Below are positions 58,684 through 64,000 of a stretch of 64,000 bases of DNA, in pieces. Source of the DNA: Candidatus Berkelbacteria bacterium (GTDB lineage: Bacteria; Patescibacteriota; UBA1384; XYA2-FULL-43-10; 1-14-0-10-43-13). The stretch is taken from NCBI GenBank assembly GCA_026397135.1, contig JAPLVL010000001.1, forward strand, positions 12,753 to 76,752. The letters run 5' to 3'. The position numbers and the translations under genes were made by a program. How positions within the stretch are numbered: position 1 is the first letter of the stretch; the number at the start of each line of letters is the position of its first letter. The notes below the pieces were generated by a model, which did no database searches, was not told where the DNA came from, and saw nothing but the letters and a program-made list of their open reading frames with translations.

Positions 58684-58705
58684 ACCAATACAACTGGATA
58701 TATGA

Positions 58706-58738
58706 AAAAATGCCCGAGACGGGCATTTTTTCATATCG
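58706..58738. terminator. Bidirectional rho-independent terminator between convergent genes (A6-hairpin-T6)
   Basis: aaaaaatgcccgagacgggcatttttt. Confidence 0.65.
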
Positions 58739-58785
58739 TTTAAAAGCTGACTTGCTCACCTGCTTACCTGCATACTTGCAACTAT

Positions 58786-60078
58786 TTATCTTCTAATTTC
58801 CGAAAATCCGGTATATTTCTGCAGAACCTCTGGTATTTGAATCGAGCCGTCAGACTGCTGACCGTTTTCCATGATTGCAATTATAGCACGGCTGTTCGCA
58901 ATTGCAGTACCGTTAAGCATATGGACAAAATCTTTTTTGCCAGAATCGTCAACAAATTTAATATTTAGAGCACGGGACTGATAATCAGTACAATTTGAAG
59001 TAGATGTAATTTCAGCCCAATCACCCATGCTCCCGTCTTTGTTCGGCTTGCCTGGCATCCAGGCTTCCAAATCAAAGGTGCGAATCGATGGTGCACCCAA
59101 GTCCGCCGTGCAATGATCAATGACGCGATATGGAATTTTCAAACCATCAAACAATTCTTTTTCGATTACCAACATTTCATCGTGAGCTTTTTCAGAATTT
59201 TCTGGCGTCGTATACTGAAACATTTCAATCTTCGTAAACTGATGAACTCTGAAGGTACCTTTGGAAAATTTGGAGTAACTGCCAGCTTCTGTACGAAAAC
59301 AATGCGAGACAGCTATATATTTCTTTGGTAATTCAACAGCTTTAAATAACTCATCTTTGTGATAACCGCCCATCGTGATTTCGGCAGTAGCAATCAAACT
59401 CAAATCAGAGTTTTCAATGTTATAAATCTGAGTCGCTTCGCCCCGTGGGTTGAAACCCATGCAAGCCAAAATTTCCCGTTTGGCCAGATCAGGAGTAGTG
59501 AAAGGCGTAAAACCGTGTTTCGTTGCCACCGACAGCGCATACTGGATTAGAGCAAATTCGAGAACAGCTAGTTCATTTTTGAGATAATAAAATTTAGCAC
59601 CAGAGACTTTTGCTGCTCGTTCAAAATCGATTAGATCTAACTTTTCCGCTAACTGAACATGATCAAGCGGCTTAAATTCAAATTTGGTTGGCTTGTATTT
59701 CTGTTCTACGACCGGATTATCGTCTTCGTCATCACTAACCTTTACCGACTTGTGAGTCAAATTTGGCACCTGAAAAAGCAATGCGGTGAATTCTTCCTCA
59801 AACGGAAGCAAACTTTTTTCGGCCTCGGCAATTTCTGCCCCGACTTGTTTCATCTCCACAATTTCTTCAGGCGTCGGCTTGTTCTTGGAAACCTTGTTGC
59901 GTTGAGCCCTCAAATCTTCAATTTTTGCCTCCAGCTCCCTTTTGCTCTTGTCGAGGAGAAGCAAACGGTCAATATCAACATCAGAAAGTCGAATCTTGCA
60001 ATTTTCCCTAATCAGCTCCGCATTCTCACGAATAAATTTAATATCAAGCATATTTTTCCTCTGTCGTTCCGGATTCAA
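58786..60078 (-). CDS. serS: Seryl-tRNA synthetase
   Basis: Class II aaRS motifs and N-terminal coiled-coil arm. The track starts at a TTG; more likely start is the ATG 9 codons in (~60050), giving MLDIKFIRENAELIR, preceded by AGGA. Confidence 0.9.
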   Translation of the reverse strand: MNPERQRKNMLDIKFIRENAELIRENCKIRLSDVDIDRLLLLDKSKRELEAKIEDLRAQRNKVSKNKPTPEEIVEMKQVGAEIAEAEKSLLPFEEEFTALLFQVPNLTHKSVKVSDDEDDNPVVEQKYKPTKFEFKPLDHVQLAEKLDLIDFERAAKVSGAKFYYLKNELAVLEFALIQYALSVATKHGFTPFTTPDLAKREILACMGFNPRGEATQIYNIENSDLSLIATAEITMGGYHKDELFKAVELPKKYIAVSHCFRTEAGSYSKFSKGTFRVHQFTKIEMFQYTTPENSEKAHDEMLVIEKELFDGLKIPYRVIDHCTADLGAPSIRTFDLEAWMPGKPNKDGSMGDWAEITSTSNCTDYQSRALNIKFVDDSGKKDFVHMLNGTAIANSRAIIAIMENGQQSDGSIQIPEVLQKYTGFSEIRR

Positions 60079-60109
60079 TCCGGAAATTATTTAATTCTTT
60101 TTTGGATCC
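60040..60109. repeat. Direct repeat copy 1 (70 bp; serS promoter/RBS/first codons), pairs with 61114..61183
   Basis: aatatcaagcatatttttcctct [16 divergent nt] tccggaaattatttaattcttttttggatcc: 54/70 identical to copy 2. Confidence 0.7.
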
Positions 60110-60117
60110 TGAATCAA

Positions 60118-60302
60118 GCTCAGGATGACAAAATATTTTTACCTATTTGCTGGCTCACTATTTCTTATCACCTAATAGTTTTTTAATTTTAGTGGCAGGC
60201 AAAAAGTTCTCTCCTGTAACTACATTTTGCCCTGTTTTTTGCTCAAGCGCAATCCTCGCATCCTTGGCAACGCTGTCACTTTCTAATTTTGTCATTGCGA
60301 GC
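60118..60302. repeat. Miniature inverted-repeat unit (~185 bp, no ORF) with gctcaggatgacaaaat / attttgtcattgcgagc termini, adjacent to GIY-YIG gene 2
   Basis: Termini are reverse-complementary (14/17 match). A hairpin cccactcagagtggg lies just beyond, at ~60305-60319. Confidence 0.55.
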
Positions 60303-60332
60303 CATCCCACTCAGAGTGGGAGGCGCGGCAAT

Positions 60333-60632
60333 CTATCCAATAATTTCCTGATACAAATCCAGAAAATTGGGATTATCCTTGGTTATTAAATCGATTTTCT
60401 TCTGCCTTGACCCTGCTTTAATTTGTTTTTCTCGATTGATAGCAGAATTTGAATCGCTATATAATTCGTAATAAACTAGCTTCGTTACATTATATCTTCC
60501 GGTGAAACTTTCGACAACCTTGTTTTTATGTTCGTAAACTCTACGGATAATGTTATTTGTTACTCCAGTATAAATTACCGTATTGGTATGATTTGTCATC
60601 AGATAAACATAGTAATATTGTTCCAATTTCAT
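60333..60632 (-). CDS. GIY-YIG (URI-domain) nuclease superfamily protein, second copy
   Basis: 99 aa. YYYVYLMTNHTNTVIYTGVTNNIIRRVYEHKN, paralogous to the 6940..7167 protein (YIITNYKNNVFYIGVTNNLTRRIYEHKN). Confidence 0.7.
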   Translation of the reverse strand: MKLEQYYYVYLMTNHTNTVIYTGVTNNIIRRVYEHKNKVVESFTGRYNVTKLVYYELYSDSNSAINREKQIKAGSRQKKIDLITKDNPNFLDLYQEIIG

Positions 60633-61067
60633 TTATAAGATTGCCACGGCCTGCGGCCTCGCAATGACAGAAAAGGTAATTTCCTGCATTCTTTCATACC
60701 CAACCTTTGCAAGCCAAAGTTTGATCGGCTCGGCTTTCTTGCTCGGGACTAATTGAACCAGTCTTAGAATCGTCTCAACATCCGCCACATCGGTTTTATA
60801 AAATTTGCCATCAGCAGACATCATTTTCAGTTTGTCACAATTTGTGACTAACTGACTTCCTTCCTTTTTCAGACGATTCTTTAATGTTGTCCAATAGCTC
60901 TGGGCCTTCTTGAAATCCAGCTGTTCAGTCAACGCCGCGACGATATCAATCACCGAAAAATACCACGCCTCTTTTTTCTCATCATAGAGCCTGCGGATCT
61001 TAAAATTCTCAAATATTGCTAAACTGTTTTGATCTTGTTCCATATTTCTATTCAATGTTTTTCCCAT
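60633..61067 (-). CDS. Bro-N domain (phage antirepressor-like DNA-binding) protein
   Basis: 144 aa. FENFKIRRLYDEKKEAWYFSVIDIVAALT matches the Bro-N core (F..IR…g..WF.a.DVa.aL). Its stop abuts the GIY-YIG start. Confidence 0.6.
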   Translation of the reverse strand: MGKTLNRNMEQDQNSLAIFENFKIRRLYDEKKEAWYFSVIDIVAALTEQLDFKKAQSYWTTLKNRLKKEGSQLVTNCDKLKMMSADGKFYKTDVADVETILRLVQLVPSKKAEPIKLWLAKVGYERMQEITFSVIARPQAVAIL

Positions 61068-61113
61068 CTTGTCGCCATTTCAGCTTCGTTTTAGGAAGCG
61101 TCCCCGATTTTCT

Positions 61114-61183
61114 AATATCAAGCATATTTTTCCTCTATCACTCTGGACTTGCTCCGGAAATTATTTAATTCTTTTTTGGATCC
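61114..61183. repeat. Direct repeat copy 2
   Basis: See copy 1. On the minus strand it supplies AGGAAAAATATGCTTGATATT (the serS-like RBS + MLDI), continuing into a 25-codon leader ORF that overlaps the Bro-N start. Confidence 0.7.
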
Positions 61184-61282
61184 AAATCCGCCAGCTGGCG
61201 AAAAATTCAGAGTCTGGCTTCGACTTGATAAATAATAGCAAAGTTACTTATTCACTGATTTACATATTTACTTATCTGCTTC

Positions 61283-62676
61283 CTATTTCTCCGGTTTCAT
61301 CAGTGGGAACATTTGGGCTTCACGGGCGGGAAGATCGACTAAAAATGAAAATAATCTTTCGGAGAAACCAAAGCCGGAAGTTGGGGGCATACCATATTCG
61401 AGCGCCTCGACGAACTCCTGATCATGCATCTGTGCCTCCGCATCTCCTGCTTCACGCAGTTTTGCCTGCTCCTTGAATCGATCGGCCTGGTCGATCGGAT
61501 CATTTAGCTCCGAGTAGCCATTGCCCATCTCGGAACCAGCCAAAATGACCTGGAATCGTTCGACGACACGTGGATCATCTGCTTTTCGCTTGGCTAGTGG
61601 GGAAACTTCAACCGGATGATTGATCAGAAAGACTGGCCCCGCAATCTTCTTGCGCAGAACTTTCCAGATCGCATCGATCAAGCGACCACGGCGATCAGCC
61701 GGGCTGAATTTAACATTTAATTCTCTCAGCTTAGACTTCAAATCTTCCTCTGAAGCTTCGAGCACATCTATATCGAAATGTTCTTTGATCGTCTTGGTAT
61801 AGTCAATTTTCTCCCAGTCTTTTTCCAAATCGACATCATGCTCACCTATTTTGAATTTCAAAGTCCCGAAGGTCTCCTTGGTAATATATTTATACATTTC
61901 CTCGACCAATTTCATCGAGTCCTCATAATTGGCATATGCCCAATAGAATTCCATTTGGGAATAATCTTGAAGATGCTCTCTCGAGACTCCCTCGTTTCGA
62001 AACTGTCGACCGATCTCAAAGGTTTTTTCAAACCCGCCGACCATCAAACGTTTCTGCCAGAGTTCTCCCATCGAAATACGGAGAAAAACATCAATATCGA
62101 AGGCGTTGTGATGAGTAATGAAGGGATTAGCGTCAGCACCGCCAGCACAATTTTCTAGTACCGGTGTCTCAACTTCCAAGAAACCTTTTTCGGTCAAGAA
62201 ATTACGAGTTGACTGCCAAAATTTGGCCTTTTTGTAAACCATTTCTCGGGCAACGGCCTGGTAGCTTTGGCTAGCAATTTAACGCCATGGCCTTCGATCG
62301 AAAGCTCGCCGGCATTAGTTACGAAAATAGTACCGGAAATTTGCAAAAAGTCACCAACTTCGATGAGAGTCGCAATTTCAAAATTTTTCTCATCCAGAAG
62401 GTCGGCCCGCAAAACAGCTTGCAGTTTCCCTGATTCATCGACAATATCTAGGAAGAAAAGTTTGCCATGTCCGCGCTTGGCGATAATCCGCCCCGCAATT
62501 GTAATTTCTTTTTTCGATTCGACAAGCTCATCCTGCTGTCCTCTCACTTCGGCAAGAAGAGTGTCCCGCTCTGACTTCGAAGGATAAGCAGAAACACCGA
62601 GGTTTTCCAAAAGATGCAGTTTTGCAATTCTGTTTTCGATTAGTTCTTTTTCGGTCGCGCCGAGCTCTTGTGACAT
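61283..62676 (-). CDS. lysS: Lysyl-tRNA synthetase (class II), interrupted by a frameshift near an A5 run at ~62215-62235
   Basis: ORF 62194..62676 is the N-terminal anticodon-binding OB domain (…LPEKW). ORF 61283..62242 is the catalytic domain (…RNFLTEKGFLEVETP…, motifs 1-3). They overlap by 49 nt in different frames, around acaaaaagg. Confidence 0.8.
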
Positions 62677-62840
62677 GTTATTCCTTTCAATATCTTTATC
62701 TTTTTATAACACAATTACAGAAAGAAATGAAGTTTAACATCAATTCTTCGCAATATTCCAAAAGGATGATTATATACAAGAGATTAAAACCAAATTCCTC
62801 AAAAACTTATCGAGCCATTATTTGTGTTTATTAATTAGAA

Positions 62841-62869
62841 AACGGGCAGCTCATGATGAGCTACCCGTT
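62841..62869 (-). terminator. Hairpin + T-run terminator of the 62976..63332 gene
   Basis: aacgggcagctcat gatgagctacccgtt (1 mismatch), then ttttctaatt on the minus strand. Confidence 0.45.
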
Positions 62870-62975
62870 CAAGATTTGTTTCAACAAATTGATGTAAATT
62901 ATCGCGGAGTACTATTTCCTTTCGCCTGCAAGATATACACCTAGCAATAGTCAGAATCTGTCTAGGTTCCTGAAA

Positions 62976-63332
62976 TCAGACAACTGCAGGGCTGCCAGCA
63001 GGGCCTTTGGGGTGAGTTAAATCTTCATTGGTTGGACTACCTTTAGGACCAACATTGAAATTGCCACCCGTTGGACCGTGATAGTTGTCTTTTGCAAGCA
63101 CCCTCTGAGTGCCGCTTTGTAACTGGCGCGCTTGATCAACCTTAGACGGAACATGATTATCATGGTTTCCGCCACCATCGGCGAGACCATGCTTTGAATG
63201 TTCCGGCCAATCAGTATGTGCACGCCCAGTGTTGGGCATGTCGGATACCATCGACGCAGACGGAGCTGAGTCAGAGATCATTGATTCAGACGGGACCGAG
63301 TCAGAGACCATAGTTATCTCCTCTGTTTCCAC
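62976..63332 (-). CDS. Hypothetical low-complexity protein with N-terminal tandem 9-aa repeats (M[VI]SDS[VA]PS[EA]S) x3
   Basis: 118 aa. Nucleotide-level repeats at ~63240-63310. Gly/His/Pro-rich C-terminal half. Confidence 0.4.
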   Translation of the reverse strand: METEEITMVSDSVPSESMISDSAPSASMVSDMPNTGRAHTDWPEHSKHGLADGGGNHDNHVPSKVDQARQLQSGTQRVLAKDNYHGPTGGNFNVGPKGSPTNEDLTHPKGPAGSPAVV

Positions 63333-63459
63333 ACCTCAGATTTGTCAAGTATAGAAACTAAAATTATTTTATCACTATTGATTAATTTGTCAACATAGCT
63401 TTTGAAAAAATGCCCGATCACCATGACGGATATATAAAAAATGAAATTTTATTGCAGAG

Positions 63460-63999
63460 CTACTTTTTCCCGATTGTCATCCGAGCCAATCGCAATTGTT
63501 CATAGGAGTAGCGGCCGCCAAAAAACTGAAAAACAGGCGACAGATTGTCGGTATTTAATTTCTTGAAGGCAGCCGTAATTTTGGCCAAATCCGGCAATAT
63601 TTTGGCTGGGATAATTCTGATTAGCTCTCCTCTTCCAATTTTACCGGCAGCTACTAGATCTTCGATGTGCCCAACAACTGTTTTCTCGCTCATTTTTCGC
63701 GTTTTGGCAATTTCTGCGATATTTCCTCCCTCCTTCCAGAGCCTTAGTGTCTCATCCGCCGTTGCCACTTTCTTTTTCTTCACTTTCTTCACCGTTTCGG
63801 AAGCTTCAAGCTCACCTCCACGGGAGAGAATGAAATCATCCCACATTTGCTGGAGTTCCGTGTCTGAAAATTTGGCAAAAACTCTCTCTGCACTTGTGGA
63901 CTCGAAGCGAAAAGTCTCATCCTTTTTCAAAACTTCAGGATCAACCAAGAAAGCCTTCTCGTTCCAGCCCAAAATATAAATTCCCGAAAGTCGTCTCAC
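63460..63999 (-). CDS. C-terminal part of a helicase-associated HTH-like protein (gene start lies beyond the window end)
   Basis: 179 aa shown. …IAEIAKTRKMSEKTVVGHIEDLVAAGKI… resembles the C-terminal HTH of RecQ-associated/YpbB-like proteins. Weak. Confidence 0.3.
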   Translation of the reverse strand: MRRLSGIYILGWNEKAFLVDPEVLKKDETFRFESTSAERVFAKFSDTELQQMWDDFILSRGGELEASETVKKVKKKKVATADETLRLWKEGGNIAEIAKTRKMSEKTVVGHIEDLVAAGKIGRGELIRIIPAKILPDLAKITAAFKKLNTDNLSPVFQFFGGRYSYEQLRLARMTIGKK

Positions 64000-64000
64000 A

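Larger units (their letters stand above)
60110..61113. mobile_element. ~1-kb insertion between serS and lysS carrying Bro-N and GIY-YIG genes plus a miniature IR element, bounded by 70-bp direct repeats
   Basis: Flanking direct repeats. Internal GTCATYCTGAG inverted-repeat pair at 60118..60302. The duplicated serS leader is fused in front of the Bro-N gene. Confidence 0.6.

Noticed and set aside
60147-60389. 80-aa plus-strand ORF spanning the miniature inverted-repeat unit and the 3' end of GIY-YIG gene 2
   Set aside because: It crosses the inverted termini and a hairpin and is antisense to a well-motifed GIY-YIG ORF. No RBS.
61069-61476. 135-aa plus-strand ORF covering direct-repeat copy 2 and the lysS 3' end
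   Set aside because: It is antisense to lysS and begins in the Bro-N start region. It is explained by the duplicated serS leader read on the wrong strand.

Overview
This 64-kb window reads as a low-GC (~40%), gene-dense stretch from a small-genome bacterium. Most genes are on the minus strand, transcribed under the standard genetic code, and many proteins are lineage-specific or hypothetical (CPR/Patescibacteria-like by inference only). Recognisable content includes:
- glycolysis genes scattered across the window (PfkB kinase, class II aldolase, pgk, gap, tpiA, iPGM);
- a four-subunit group-3b-type [NiFe] hydrogenase operon (beta, gamma, delta, alpha) plus a solitary hypC;
- translation and housekeeping genes: rpsB-tsf-frr, rpmE, prfA-prmC, gatCAB, ligA, serS, a frameshifted lysS, secA, ftsEX, an mgtA-type P-type ATPase, uvrC, and several proteases (RseP, HtrA, HtpX, CtpA).

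The points most worth a second look are:
1. A family of short elements bounded by GTCATYCTGAGC-type inverted termini. One copy carries a GIY-YIG nuclease gene and sits inside the hydrogenase operon; two miniature copies lie elsewhere.
2. A Bro-N + GIY-YIG cassette inserted between lysS and serS, flanked by 70-bp direct repeats that duplicate the serS promoter, RBS and first codons.
3. A four-gene operon ending in hypC whose three upstream proteins (beta-helix GXGXG-like, beta-propeller, unknown fold) all share an N-terminal Cys motif (M-x-CGEIT...), a possible undescribed hydrogenase-associated module.
4. A promoter-to-terminator leader with anti-terminator potential directly upstream of an MFS transporter.
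5. A 35-aa ORF that consists only of a prepilin-type N-terminal domain.
6. Heptamer-periodic intercistronic repeats, with an in-frame expansion of the same heptamer inside secA.

Coordinates for non-ORF features were read by eye and may be off by 1-2 nt.
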